Of a DNA stretch of 64,000 bases, positions 20,373-30,330 are shown piece by piece (position 1 is the first letter of the stretch; each line of letters starts with the position of its first letter). The notes beneath the pieces are model-generated. The model was not told where the DNA came from, ran no database searches, and saw only the letters and a program-made list of their open reading frames with translations. The stretch lies in the NCBI GenBank assembly GCA_044226515.1, contig JBGAGX010000011.1, forward strand, positions 31,085 through 95,084, given 5' to 3'. This DNA comes from Flavobacteriales bacterium. Lineage in GTDB: Bacteria > Bacteroidota > Bacteroidia > Flavobacteriales_F > PHOS-HE28. Position numbers and translations under genes: made by a program.

Positions 20373-20514
20373 CGGATCGTCCTGCGGCCTCACCGCGGGA
20401 AAGCGCCGGGCAACAGCTTTGGCGCGTCATGGAGGCATGCACCGTTCCGGCGAACGAACGCCGGGGTGCAGCCGACACACGACCAACATCATCCACTTTT
20501 TCCGAACAACGAAC

Positions 20515-21261
20515 ATGCGATCGAACCACCTGGCCATCCTGGCCGCCCTGGCCGTGGCGCTCAGCGGCTGCAAGAAGGACGAGGACACCGCCACGCCCAC
20601 CACCCCCACCACCGGCACCTTCAAGCTGGGCTACGGATTCCACTGGGGCACGGACGACTTCGACCTGGCGAACACCTACACGGACGGCAACGGCCACGCC
20701 GTGCAGTTCACCCTCATCAAGTTCTACCTCGGCGAGCCCGAGCTCATGAGCGGCGGCAACGAGGTCGCCCACTTCCACACGTCCTATTTCCTGGCGGATG
20801 CCGCCACCGGTGAGGGCAACTGGCCGGTGGGCAGCGTGCCCGCAGGCAGCTTCGATACGTTGAACCTGGTGTTGGGCGTGGACAGTGCGCTCAACCATGC
20901 CGACCCCACCACGGCCGCCGCGCCCCTGAACGACGCCACCATGCACTGGAACTGGAACCCCGCTGCAGGCTACGTGTTCCTGATGATCGAAGGGCGCGTG
21001 GACGACGACGGTGACGGTGTGGTGGACGCGAGCGACCCCGCGTTCACCTACCACTGCGCCACCGACGATGCCTTCCGCACGGTGGCCCTTCCAATGACCG
21101 CGAGCGTTGCGGCCGGCGGCACCATGATCCCGCACATGGAGATCCACGTGAACGACCTGATCACCGGCGTGGACATGCTGGCCGTGCCCTCGGGCATGGG
21201 CTATGCGGCGGTGAACGCCCAGCTCATGGACAACCTCACCGGTGCCGTGGGCTTCGAGTAG
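20515..21261 (+). CDS. lipoprotein of unknown function (possibly MbnP-like copper-binding family)
   Basis: ATG at 20515. Lipobox 'LAVALSGC'. Conserved Trp-rich 'MHWNWNPAAGYVFLMIEG'. Family assignment is from memory and uncertain. Confidence 0.6.
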   Translation: MRSNHLAILAALAVALSGCKKDEDTATPTTPTTGTFKLGYGFHWGTDDFDLANTYTDGNGHAVQFTLIKFYLGEPELMSGGNEVAHFHTSYFLADAATGEGNWPVGSVPAGSFDTLNLVLGVDSALNHADPTTAAAPLNDATMHWNWNPAAGYVFLMIEGRVDDDGDGVVDASDPAFTYHCATDDAFRTVALPMTASVAAGGTMIPHMEIHVNDLITGVDMLAVPSGMGYAAVNAQLMDNLTGAVGFE

Positions 21262-21368
21262 GCGGTACGCCTTCACTTCGAACGGGGGCCCGTAGCGGGT
21301 CCCCGTTCCTTTTTCACGGCCGTTCCAAGGGATCGGACCACCACTATCTTCTGGCGGTCCCGATCGCC

Positions 21369-21698
21369 ATGGATCCCGTCAAGGCCGAACACCTCGCCTT
21401 CATCAAGGCCCACGGTCGCTTCACCGTGACCTGCGACCCCAAGGACCTGCGCCCCGAGCAGTTGCAACTGCTTCAGCGCTGGGGGCATTGGTACGCGGCG
21501 CTGAACAGCGGCATGCTGAAGCCCTTCACCGCGGCGCAGCGCGCCTTCATCACCGCCTCGCAGCAGGACCTTCCGCCCGGCGAAGTGCACGCCCACACCT
21601 GGTGGTACCACAACCTGCTCACCCGTCAGCGCGCCCGCGCCCGTCAACGCATGGAGCGCACGGCCAACGGCGATACGATCACCTACGACACATGGTAG
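21369..21698 (+). CDS. DUF413 family protein (YifE/MaoP-like)
   Basis: Aligns by eye with E. coli YifE: 'KAHGRFTVT...EQLQLLQRWGHWYAALNSG...TAAQRAFI...WWYHNLLTR' versus '[27 protein letters not shown]...EEEKLFV...WSKYMTR'. Confidence 0.55.
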   Translation: MDPVKAEHLAFIKAHGRFTVTCDPKDLRPEQLQLLQRWGHWYAALNSGMLKPFTAAQRAFITASQQDLPPGEVHAHTWWYHNLLTRQRARARQRMERTANGDTITYDTW

Positions 21699-21701
21699 GG
21701 C

Positions 21702-22169
21702 TCAGTGACGGTCGTGGCCTTCACGCCCGCCCCCTTCACTGCCCAGGTTCGCGTTGAACCAGGCCACGAGCTTCCGCTTGTCCGCATCGCTCAAGCGACC
21801 ATGGGCGTGCATCAGGCGGTAGTAGCCGGGCGGCATCTCCCCTTCCGATACTTCCTCACCCGCTTCGTGCGTGTGGCGCCCCGTGGCGTACTTGCTCCAC
21901 AGCGAGAAGTTCAGGTGCTCGCGCCCTTCCTCGATGTGGTCCTGCATGATGAAGTTGACCGGCGTGATGGCCATGTACCAGGGGTACGCGGTGCTGTAGC
22001 TGTGGCAATCGTAGCAGGCGCCGGTCACCAGCTGCCGGATGTCGGCCGGGGCGTTCAGCACGTTCAGCATGTCATCGGCGGGGTCGGGCGCGGGCGCGGT
22101 GCGATCGGGTCGGAAGACCTGCATGACCAGCAGAAGACCAAGGACGATGAAGAGGACCTTGCGGCGCAT
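21702..22169 (-). CDS. heme-binding domain-containing membrane protein (CxxCH)
   Basis: Trimmed to ATG at 22169 ('MRRKVLFIVLGLLLVMQVF' TM anchor). 'CYDCHS' CxxCH motif and '...GEMPPGYYRLMHAHGRLSDADKRKLVAWF' are typical of the Haem_bd domain family. Confidence 0.7.
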   Translation of the reverse strand: MRRKVLFIVLGLLLVMQVFRPDRTAPAPDPADDMLNVLNAPADIRQLVTGACYDCHSYSTAYPWYMAITPVNFIMQDHIEEGREHLNFSLWSKYATGRHTHEAGEEVSEGEMPPGYYRLMHAHGRLSDADKRKLVAWFNANLGSEGGGREGHDRH

Positions 22170-22320
22170 CGGTCGGGTATTGGACCAAAGATGGTGCGGT
22201 CGCCGATACCGGACAGGACGAATGTCATGCGGACCGGCCGTGGTTATCCACATCGAACGTTGCAGATCACGGTGATCAACGGATACCCATGGGACGGGCG
22301 CGGGGGGACCTTTGTTGGTG

Positions 22321-25300
22321 ATGAGAAGTGTCCTTTCGCTTGGGGGGTGGGGGTTGTTGTGCGCCTTGTTAAGCCCGGCATCGGCGTGGGCGCAGCCGCC
22401 CTTGACCGCCAATGCAGGTCCAATGCAGGTGAGCCTTTGCAGCAACGGGCAGGTCACACTTGGTGGCAACCCCACGGCGAACGGTGGACAGGGACCGTAC
22501 ACGTATCAATGGACACCTGCTGCCGGATTGAACGACCCCACCGTGGCCAATCCGATCTGCACGGTGAACACCACAACGCCGTACACCGTCACGGTAACGG
22601 ACGCGAACAACAACACAGCAACGGATCTCATCACCGTGAACGTGAGCGCCGCAGCCACGGCCGACCTCATCATCCAGGCACCGGCGGTGCAGAGCCAGTT
22701 CGGCGGCTACACCACCTACAGCCTGTGCGACCCCAGCCTCAGTTGGAACTTCCTGATCGACGACGCCAGCAGCGGCGTGGCCAGTGGCAGCACCCTCACG
22801 GTGAACTGGGGGGATGGAAGTCCGGTGTATTCGCCCGGTGCCGCGGGATGGAGCACCAACCACACGTACGCGCAGGGGCTGCATGTGCTCACCTACACCA
22901 TCACCCAGAACGGATGCACGGACACCCAGCAGGTGCAGGTGTTCCTGGGCACGAACCCCGGCGGGGGCATCAGCACGAACCCGAACACCAACATCTGCAC
23001 CGGCGGCTCGCTCCCCTTCTTCCTGAACAACGTGCTCACCAACACCCCGGGCACCACCTACCTGATCGACTTCGGTGATGGCACGGACACCCTGCTGCAG
23101 CAGCCGCCGCCAGCGGTGATCAACCACACCTACAACGTGAGCAGCTGTCCGGGCGGGAGCTTCACGGTCACCTTCGTGGCGCAGAACCCCTGCGACCAGA
23201 CGAACGGGCAGATCAGCCCGATCCGCGTGAGCCAGACGCCGCAGGCCAGCTTCACCCTGAGCACCGACACCGTCTGCGTGAACAGCACGGTGACCGCGAC
23301 GGACGCCAGCCTGGGCCTGCAGGCACCGCAATGCACGCAGCCCAAGCACCTGTGGAGCGTGAGCCCCGCCACGGGCTGGACCCTCTCGAGCGGCAGCTTG
23401 GGCAACGCCAACGGGCAGCCCGGCAACCCCGGCTTGTGGACCGGCGGCAGCGCCAGCCTCGGCGTGCAGTTCACCACGCCAGGCACCTACACCATCACCG
23501 ATGTGGTGGGCAACGTGTGCGGCTTCGACACGCTGCAGCGCTCGGTGTGCGTGGAAGCCCCGCCCACCGCCGCCTTCACGCTCAACCCCAACCCCATCTG
23601 CCAGGGCCAGCAGGTGAACACCGACAACACCAGCACCGCGCCCAACAGCTGCAGCATCCGTTACCAGTGGCAGCTGAACCAGACGGCGAGCTATTGCAAC
23701 AGCGGCAACAGCACGGCCTTCGTGAGCGGCACCAGCGCCACCAGCTTCGAGCCGGTGATCCAGTTCAACAGCGCGGGCACCTACAACGTGGTGCTGCAGG
23801 CGATCAACTCGTGCCCCGTGGTCACCGCCACACAGCCCGTCACCGTAGTGGGACCGCCGCAGGTGAGCCTCTTCACGGTAGGCCCGATCTGCGCGGGACA
23901 GAGCATCTTCCCATCGGCGACCTTCCAGCAATGCGGCGGCACGCTCACCACGCCGCAATGGACGCTCACCGGCGGCAGTCCGGCCACCGCCACGGGCAAC
24001 AGTCCGGGCGGCGTGAGCTATGCGAACCCGGGCAACTTCACCGTGACCGCGAGCGTGACCAACCAATGCGGTCCGGCGCAGGCCAGCACGCCGCTGGTGG
24101 TGAACCCCACCCCGCCGAGCGCCAACGCCACCGCCACCACCACCACGCTCTGCGCAGGGCAGACCATCCAGCTGCAGGCCACGACGATCGCCAACGCCAC
24201 CTACAGCTGGACCGGACCGAACGGCTGGAGCAGCACGCAGCAGAACCCGAGCATCCCCAACGCCACGGTGGCGATGAGCGGCACCTACACGGTCACCGCC
24301 TTCCTCGGTGTGGTGTGCGCCGGTCCGCCCAGCAGCGTCATCATCACGGTGAACCCCGCCCCGCTGCTCACGATCACCCCGGGCAGTGCGAACCTGTGCG
24401 CCGGCGCGAGCACCACGCTCACGGCCAACGGCGGCAGCGGGTACACCTGGACCGCCAACGGACAGCCCGCGGGCAACGGCAACAGCATCACCGTGAGCCC
24501 GGTGGTGACCACCACCTACACGGTGACAGGCAACGGCCTCGGTTGCCCGGGCACGGCCAGCGCCACCGTCACCGTGACCACACCACCGGTGGTGAGCGCG
24601 GGACCGGACCAGACCTTCTGCAACCAGCCGATCCCGGTGCAGTTGAACGGTGCGCCCGCTGGCGGCACCTGGAGCGGCAGCCCGAACGTGACGGCCGCCG
24701 GCGTGTACACCCCGCCCCTCGCCACCGGCACCACCACGCTCACCTACAGCTACACCGATGCCAACGGCTGCACCGGAAGCGACCAGGCGCAGGTGACGGT
24801 GATCACGGTGCAGAACCCTGCGACCACCGGACCGAACGTCACGGTGTGCGCGGGCACGCCACAGCTCAATCTCTTCGCCACGCCGGCGGGGGGCACGTGG
24901 AGCGGTCCGGGCGTCACACCCGGAGGGCAGTTCAATCCCGTCACCGCGGGCGTGTTCGTGTTCACCTACACCGCGGGCACCGGCACCTGCCAGACGAGCG
25001 ACCCGCTCACGGTGACGGTGGTGGCCAACCCCGTGGTGCAGGCACCGCCCGACCAGAGCCTCTGCGTGAACACGTCCCCACTGCAGCTCAACGGCACGCC
25101 GGCGGGCGGCACGTGGAGCGGACCCGTGGTGACGCCCGGTGGCAGCTTCGACCCCGCGGCGGCGGGTCCGGGTGCGTACACCCTCACCTACACCTACGCC
25201 AACGCGAACGGCTGCACCAGCAGCGACGCGGTCACGCTCACGGTGAACGCACTGCCCGTGGTGGGCGCGGGCCCCGACCAGACCCTGTGCGACCAACCGA

Positions 25301-28300
25301 TCCCGCAGCAGCTCACCGGGGCTCCCGCCGGCGGCACCTGGAGCGGCCCGAACGTTAGCACTGGCGGCCTCTTCACCTCATCGGGCACCGGCACCTTCAC
25401 GCTCACGTACAGCTACACCGACGCGAACGGCTGCACGAACACCGATGCCACCGACATCACCGTGGTGCCCGTGACCAACCCGGCGGACGCGGGTCCTGAC
25501 CAGGCCGTATGCATCGGAAGCGCGGCGGTGCAACTGAACGGCGCACCCGCCGGTGGCGCGTGGAGCGGCAACGGCGTCACGGCAGGCGGCCTCTTCAACC
25601 CGAACAACGCCGGCAGCTACACCCTCACCTACAGCGTGGGCACGGGCACCTGCGTAACGCAGGACCAGATGCTGCTCACGGTGAACCCGCTGCCCGTGGT
25701 GAACGCCGGTGGGCCGCAGGAACTGTGCGTGGACGCGAACGTGCTGAACCTCGTGGGGGCGCCGCCCGGCGGATCATGGAGCGGAACAGGCGTGAACGCG
25801 GGCGGAGCCTTCAACCCCGCCACGGCCGGCGTGGGTACCTTCACTGAAACGTACACCTATTCGGATGCGAACGGCTGCACCAACAGCAGCACCACCAGCG
25901 TGACGGTGAACCCGCTGCCCATCGTGAACGCGGGTCCTGACCAGCTGTACTGCGACCAGCCCTTCCCGCAGCAACTTACCGGCACACCGGCCGGCGGCAG
26001 CTGGACCGGCCCCAACATCACCAGCGGCGGCCTGTACACCCCGAACGGCACCGGCGTGTTCACGGTGAACTACACCTACACGGACGCCAACTTCTGCAGC
26101 AGCACCGACCAGGCCACCGTCACCGTGGTTCCCGTAACGAACCCGGCGAACGCGGGACCGGATGTGGCCGTGTGCATCGGCAGCGGCGCGTTCCAGTTGA
26201 ACGGCGTTCCGGCAGGTGGTACATGGAGCGGCGCTCCGCTGGTCACGGCTGGAGGCCTCTTCACGCCGGGCACCGCGGGCGTGTACGTGCTCACCTACAG
26301 CGAGGGCAGCGGCACCTGCGTCACCCAGGACCAGGTGACGATCACCGTGCATCCGCTGCCCGTGGTGGACGCAGGTGCACCGATCACCACCTGTTTCGAC
26401 GCCGGTGTGCAGACCGTGACCGGATCACCGGCTGGTGGAACATGGAGCGGCGCGGGCATCACCGATGCAGTGCTGGGCCTCTTCGATCCGTGGCTCACCG
26501 GACCAGGCCCCTTCAACCTCACCTACACCTACACCGACCCGAACACGGGGTGCACCAACAGCGATGCCACCACCATGACCGTGGCCCCACTGCCCGTGGC
26601 GGGATTCGGCAACGCGCCCATCGCCTGTGCGAACACGCCCTTCCCCTTCAGCGACCAGAGCGTGGCCGCCACGGGTTGGACCTGGGACTTCGGCGACGGA
26701 CAGGGCGGCAGCGGTGGGAACCCCACGCACGTGTACGCCGACACCGGCACCTACGTGGTGACGCAGATCGTGACCAATGCGTTCGGCTGCGACGACACCA
26801 CCAGCACCACGCTCATCGTGTGGGAGCCGCCCACCGTGGCCTTCAGCCTCGCGCCCAACAGCGGCTGCGGTCCGCTTCAAGTGGCCTTCACCAACGCCAC
26901 CACCGGCACCGGCGTGAGCTACGCGTGGGACTTCGGCAACGGCATGGCCAGCGTGCTCCAGGCCCCGCCGCCCGTGACGTACGTGGCCAGCCTCTATGCC
27001 GATACGGTCTACACGCCCACGCTCACGGCCACCAACCTCTGCGGCAGCGTGCAGGCGCAGGACCAGGTAACGGTGTTCCCCACACCCACCGCGCTCTTCG
27101 GGCCTGACCTGAACACCGGCTGCAGCCCGTGGACGCCCACCTTCAGCAACGTCACCATCGGGCAGGCCAGCAGCTTCACGTGGGACTTCGGCGACGGCAC
27201 CACCCTCGCCACGATGGACAGCCTGGTGCAGCACACCTTCACCACCGGCGCGAACGACACCACCTTCACCGTGACGCTGGTGGCCACCAACGCCTGCGGA
27301 AGTGACACCGCCACCTACGATGTGGTGGTGCAGCCCAACACGGTCACGGCCTTCTTCAACACCGACACGCTGCAGGGCTGCGCGCCGCTCACCGTCGACT
27401 TCACGCAGTACAGCATCGGTGCCACCAACTGGGGCTGGGACTTCGGCGACGGCAACGTGAGCATGCAGCAGAACCCCACCCACACCTTCGCGAACGCCGG
27501 GCAGTTCACCGTGCAGCTCTTCGTGGACAACGGGTGCAGCTACGACACCACCACGCAGGTGATCACCGTGTTCCCCAGTCCTGCGGTGGACTTCACCTGG
27601 GCGCCCGACAGCGTGTGCGCCGGTGATGCGTTCCAGTTCACGAACCTCACGCCCAACACCGGCGACATCGTGTGGACCTTCGGCGACGGAGGCACCAGCC
27701 TGCTGAGCGACCCCGCGCACACTTACGCTTCCGCGGGCACGTACACGGTGACGGCCACGGTCACCTCGAACATCAACGGCTGCGTGGCCGCGCTCGCGCG
27801 ACCGGTCACGGTGAAGGCCACACCGGTGGCCGCCCTGGTGCCGAGCCCGGTGAGCGGTTGCGCGCCCCTGCCGGTGCAGTTCCAGAACAACAGCACCTCG
27901 AACGACTACAACACATGGGACCTGGGCGACGGGAACACGAGCGGTCTGCCCAACCCCACGCACACCTACACGCAGCCGGGCACCTACGTGGTGCAGCTGG
28001 TGGCGCAGAACCTCAGCGGCTGCACGGATACGGCCTATGCCCAGGTGCAGGTGCATCCCGTGCCCATCGCGGCCTTCACGCATACGCCCGACAGCAGCTG
28101 CACGAGCCCCGCCACGGTGCAGTTCATCAACCAGTCGCAGGGGGCCGTCGGGTACACGTGGAGCTTCGGCAACGGACAGTCGTCCACGTTGAACGACCCC
28201 GTGATGAGCTACGGCGGCCCCGCCTCCTACACCATCCAGCTGGTGGCCGCCAATGCCTTCGGCTGCACCGACACCACGCAGGGCAGCTTCACCGTGCACC

Positions 28301-29073
28301 CCACGCCCGTGGCCGCCTTCAGCGCCGAGCCACAGCCGGGCTGCGACACCTATCCGGTCCTGTTCACCAACAGCTCGATCAACATCACCGGACAATGGTG
28401 GAGCCTGGGCGACGGCACCACCACCACGGCCTTCGGGCCCGTGCACACCTATCCGGCACCGGGCCTGTACAACGTGGTGCTGGCGGTGGAAGGTGTGGGC
28501 GGCTGTGTGGACACACTGGACGTTCCGGCGGCGGTGCTCATCCAACCCACACCGGTGGCCGGCTTCACGTTCGACACGCTCAACACGCTGCTGAACGGGT
28601 TCCAGTTCGCCAACACCACCACCGGCGCGAGCGGCTACCTGTGGGACTTCGGCGATGGCAGCACCTCCACGCAGTTCGCTCCCCTGCACCTCTTCGACGC
28701 GGGCGGCGGCCCGCACACCATCTGCCTGGTGGCGGTGAACACGCTCGGCTGCCCCGACACGGTATGCACCACGATCGATGTGCCCGCCTCGCCACAGGTC
28801 TTCGCCCCCAACGCCTTCACACCCGATGGCGACGGGCTCAACGAGACCTTCGTGCCCGTGCTCGACGGCTTCGGGGAGTGGCGTGCACGCCTCTACATCT
28901 TCGACCGCTGGGGCGAGGTGATCTACAACGCCAGTCCCGTCGTGCCGTGGAACGGCGACTACAACGGGCGGAAATGCAAGACCGACGTGTACGTGTGGAA
29001 GCTGGTGCTCGACCGCTACGGCGATGAGCGCGAGTTCGTGGGGCACGTCACCTTGATCCGGGGGGATTACTGA
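22321..29073 (+). CDS. giant PKD/Ig-like repeat adhesin with gliding-motility-associated (type-B) T9SS C-terminal domain
   Basis: Signal peptide 'MRSVLSLGGWGLLCALLSPASAWA'. About 12 tandem 75-80-aa repeats ('...AGGTWSGP.VT.GG.F.P..AG..TLTYTYTDANGCT...'), then multiple PKD-like 'WDFGDG' domains. C-terminus 'FAPNAFTPDGDGLNETFVPV...DVYVWKLVL...GHVTLIR' is the type-B CTD. Confidence 0.85.
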   Translation: MRSVLSLGGWGLLCALLSPASAWAQPPLTANAGPMQVSLCSNGQVTLGGNPTANGGQGPYTYQWTPAAGLNDPTVANPICTVNTTTPYTVTVTDANNNTATDLITVNVSAAATADLIIQAPAVQSQFGGYTTYSLCDPSLSWNFLIDDASSGVASGSTLTVNWGDGSPVYSPGAAGWSTNHTYAQGLHVLTYTITQNGCTDTQQVQVFLGTNPGGGISTNPNTNICTGGSLPFFLNNVLTNTPGTTYLIDFGDGTDTLLQQPPPAVINHTYNVSSCPGGSFTVTFVAQNPCDQTNGQISPIRVSQTPQASFTLSTDTVCVNSTVTATDASLGLQAPQCTQPKHLWSVSPATGWTLSSGSLGNANGQPGNPGLWTGGSASLGVQFTTPGTYTITDVVGNVCGFDTLQRSVCVEAPPTAAFTLNPNPICQGQQVNTDNTSTAPNSCSIRYQWQLNQTASYCNSGNSTAFVSGTSATSFEPVIQFNSAGTYNVVLQAINSCPVVTATQPVTVVGPPQVSLFTVGPICAGQSIFPSATFQQCGGTLTTPQWTLTGGSPATATGNSPGGVSYANPGNFTVTASVTNQCGPAQASTPLVVNPTPPSANATATTTTLCAGQTIQLQATTIANATYSWTGPNGWSSTQQNPSIPNATVAMSGTYTVTAFLGVVCAGPPSSVIITVNPAPLLTITPGSANLCAGASTTLTANGGSGYTWTANGQPAGNGNSITVSPVVTTTYTVTGNGLGCPGTASATVTVTTPPVVSAGPDQTFCNQPIPVQLNGAPAGGTWSGSPNVTAAGVYTPPLATGTTTLTYSYTDANGCTGSDQAQVTVITVQNPATTGPNVTVCAGTPQLNLFATPAGGTWSGPGVTPGGQFNPVTAGVFVFTYTAGTGTCQTSDPLTVTVVANPVVQAPPDQSLCVNTSPLQLNGTPAGGTWSGPVVTPGGSFDPAAAGPGAYTLTYTYANANGCTSSDAVTLTVNALPVVGAGPDQTLCDQPIPQQLTGAPAGGTWSGPNVSTGGLFTSSGTGTFTLTYSYTDANGCTNTDATDITVVPVTNPADAGPDQAVCIGSAAVQLNGAPAGGAWSGNGVTAGGLFNPNNAGSYTLTYSVGTGTCVTQDQMLLTVNPLPVVNAGGPQELCVDANVLNLVGAPPGGSWSGTGVNAGGAFNPATAGVGTFTETYTYSDANGCTNSSTTSVTVNPLPIVNAGPDQLYCDQPFPQQLTGTPAGGSWTGPNITSGGLYTPNGTGVFTVNYTYTDANFCSSTDQATVTVVPVTNPANAGPDVAVCIGSGAFQLNGVPAGGTWSGAPLVTAGGLFTPGTAGVYVLTYSEGSGTCVTQDQVTITVHPLPVVDAGAPITTCFDAGVQTVTGSPAGGTWSGAGITDAVLGLFDPWLTGPGPFNLTYTYTDPNTGCTNSDATTMTVAPLPVAGFGNAPIACANTPFPFSDQSVAATGWTWDFGDGQGGSGGNPTHVYADTGTYVVTQIVTNAFGCDDTTSTTLIVWEPPTVAFSLAPNSGCGPLQVAFTNATTGTGVSYAWDFGNGMASVLQAPPPVTYVASLYADTVYTPTLTATNLCGSVQAQDQVTVFPTPTALFGPDLNTGCSPWTPTFSNVTIGQASSFTWDFGDGTTLATMDSLVQHTFTTGANDTTFTVTLVATNACGSDTATYDVVVQPNTVTAFFNTDTLQGCAPLTVDFTQYSIGATNWGWDFGDGNVSMQQNPTHTFANAGQFTVQLFVDNGCSYDTTTQVITVFPSPAVDFTWAPDSVCAGDAFQFTNLTPNTGDIVWTFGDGGTSLLSDPAHTYASAGTYTVTATVTSNINGCVAALARPVTVKATPVAALVPSPVSGCAPLPVQFQNNSTSNDYNTWDLGDGNTSGLPNPTHTYTQPGTYVVQLVAQNLSGCTDTAYAQVQVHPVPIAAFTHTPDSSCTSPATVQFINQSQGAVGYTWSFGNGQSSTLNDPVMSYGGPASYTIQLVAANAFGCTDTTQGSFTVHPTPVAAFSAEPQPGCDTYPVLFTNSSINITGQWWSLGDGTTTTAFGPVHTYPAPGLYNVVLAVEGVGGCVDTLDVPAAVLIQPTPVAGFTFDTLNTLLNGFQFANTTTGASGYLWDFGDGSTSTQFAPLHLFDAGGGPHTICLVAVNTLGCPDTVCTTIDVPASPQVFAPNAFTPDGDGLNETFVPVLDGFGEWRARLYIFDRWGEVIYNASPVVPWNGDYNGRKCKTDVYVWKLVLDRYGDEREFVGHVTLIRGDY
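24000..26560 (+). repeat. intragenic tandem repeat array (about 12 units of roughly 216-234 bp) inside the giant adhesin gene
   Basis: Periodic antisense ORFs at 24018, 24285, 24516, 24750, 24966, 25194, 25413, 25629, 25857, 26076 and 26295 show a spacing of about 216-234 bp. Translated units share 'GTPAGGTWSG...TYTYTDANGCT'. Confidence 0.75.
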
Positions 29074-29149
29074 GCGCACGTGATGTAGCGAAAGAGCTAC
29101 GCTCGGAGCAGGTGAAAAGCGCGACCTTCGTTGCAAACACCCGCCACGC

Positions 29150-29869
29150 ATGATCCGGACCCTTACCCTCGCCTCCGCACTCGCCCTGACCTGCACGCTC
29201 ACCGCCCAGAACTGGACCGTGGGCGTTCCGGTGGACGTGCAGATCAGCACCGTCACCGTGTACGGCGGTGGCTGCGCGCCCGACCCCCAGGCCACGCTCT
29301 TCATCCCCCTGCTGCCGGTGACCGGCGTGACCTACTACTACCGCGTGGTGAACACCAACGGCGGCACCTACACCATGGTTCCCGGACCGGCGAACGTGCT
29401 GGCCGCAGGTGACACCGTGCACGTGCCCACCACGCAGATCACCGAGGTGTACAACCAGGCGGGCGCCGGAGGCCTGGAGCTGGAGGTACGCGCCGAAGGC
29501 ACGCCCACCGTGGCCGGTGAGACGCATCCCTGCGCGCCGAACAACCTGTGGATGAGCAACCTCCTGCTGTGCAACGAAGGCCTCAACTGCCTCATCCAAC
29601 TGAGCTGCCAGACGGTGGCGGGCAGCACGGGCGTGGAGGAGAACACGGCCGACCAGGTGTGGTACTCCGCCGCGATGGGCCAGGTGCGCATCCTCGACGC
29701 CGGCATCCGCACGGCACAGGTGCTCGATGCCCAGGGCCGCGTGGTGGCCGCCACGAACGTGAGCGGTGGCACGATGGACCTTGGTGCGCGACCCGCCGGA
29801 CTTTACACGGTGCGCGCCCAGCGGGCCGACGGTGCCCTGGTGGTGGCCCGGTTCGTGCTGGCCCGCTGA
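29150..29869 (+). CDS. small secreted protein with T9SS type-A C-terminal sorting domain
   Basis: Signal 'MIRTLTLASALALTCTLTAQ'. C-terminus 'MDLGARPAGLYTVRAQRADGALVVARFVLAR'. Confidence 0.65.
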   Translation: MIRTLTLASALALTCTLTAQNWTVGVPVDVQISTVTVYGGGCAPDPQATLFIPLLPVTGVTYYYRVVNTNGGTYTMVPGPANVLAAGDTVHVPTTQITEVYNQAGAGGLELEVRAEGTPTVAGETHPCAPNNLWMSNLLLCNEGLNCLIQLSCQTVAGSTGVEENTADQVWYSAAMGQVRILDAGIRTAQVLDAQGRVVAATNVSGGTMDLGARPAGLYTVRAQRADGALVVARFVLAR

Positions 29870-29936
29870 ACGCCGAGCGCACGAACGGCCCGGTGCTCCC
29901 CGTGATCGCCGGGCCGTTCCGCTTTCCGGTCCACGG

Positions 29937-30320
29937 TCAACGCGACCGCAGGTCCCAGAGCGTGGCGGTGGAATCGCTGCGGTAGTCGCGGAGCACGGCC
30001 ACCGTGAGCAGCGCCGGCCTGTGGGCGATCGTGGCTGTGATGCTGTAGTACAGGCTGTCGCCGCTGCGGCGCGTTTCCTTGAAGCGCACTTCGCCACCCT
30101 TCACCGCGGCGCGCACGGAATCGATCACCGTGGGCCATTGGGCCATCTGTTCCGCGGCCTGGGGGCGGGCCTTGGTGAGCGTGCTCTCGAGCCGGAGCTT
30201 GATGCGGTCCTCGGGCATCCAGGCGGTGTTGGTGAGCCGCTGCTTGAAGAAGAGCCACGACAGCAGGCCACCGATCAGCAGGCCCACGAGGTAGAGCTGG
30301 AGGCGGCGTTTCAGGTCCAT
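29937..30320 (-). CDS. hypothetical membrane-anchored protein
   Basis: N-terminal TM 'LQLYLVGLLIGGLLSWLFF'. Lies 10 bp downstream of ald on the same strand. No recognised family. Confidence 0.5.
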   Translation of the reverse strand: MDLKRRLQLYLVGLLIGGLLSWLFFKQRLTNTAWMPEDRIKLRLESTLTKARPQAAEQMAQWPTVIDSVRAAVKGGEVRFKETRRSGDSLYYSITATIAHRPALLTVAVLRDYRSDSTATLWDLRSR

Positions 30321-30330
30321 GGCACCCTCC

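Noticed and set aside
22369-29304. Long minus-strand ORFs (22369..25296, 26425..29304) and many about 70-aa periodic minus ORFs opposite the giant adhesin
   Set aside because: Antisense to a 2,250-aa gene with signal peptide, PKD repeats and a type-B CTD. The periodicity simply mirrors the tandem repeats in the adhesin.
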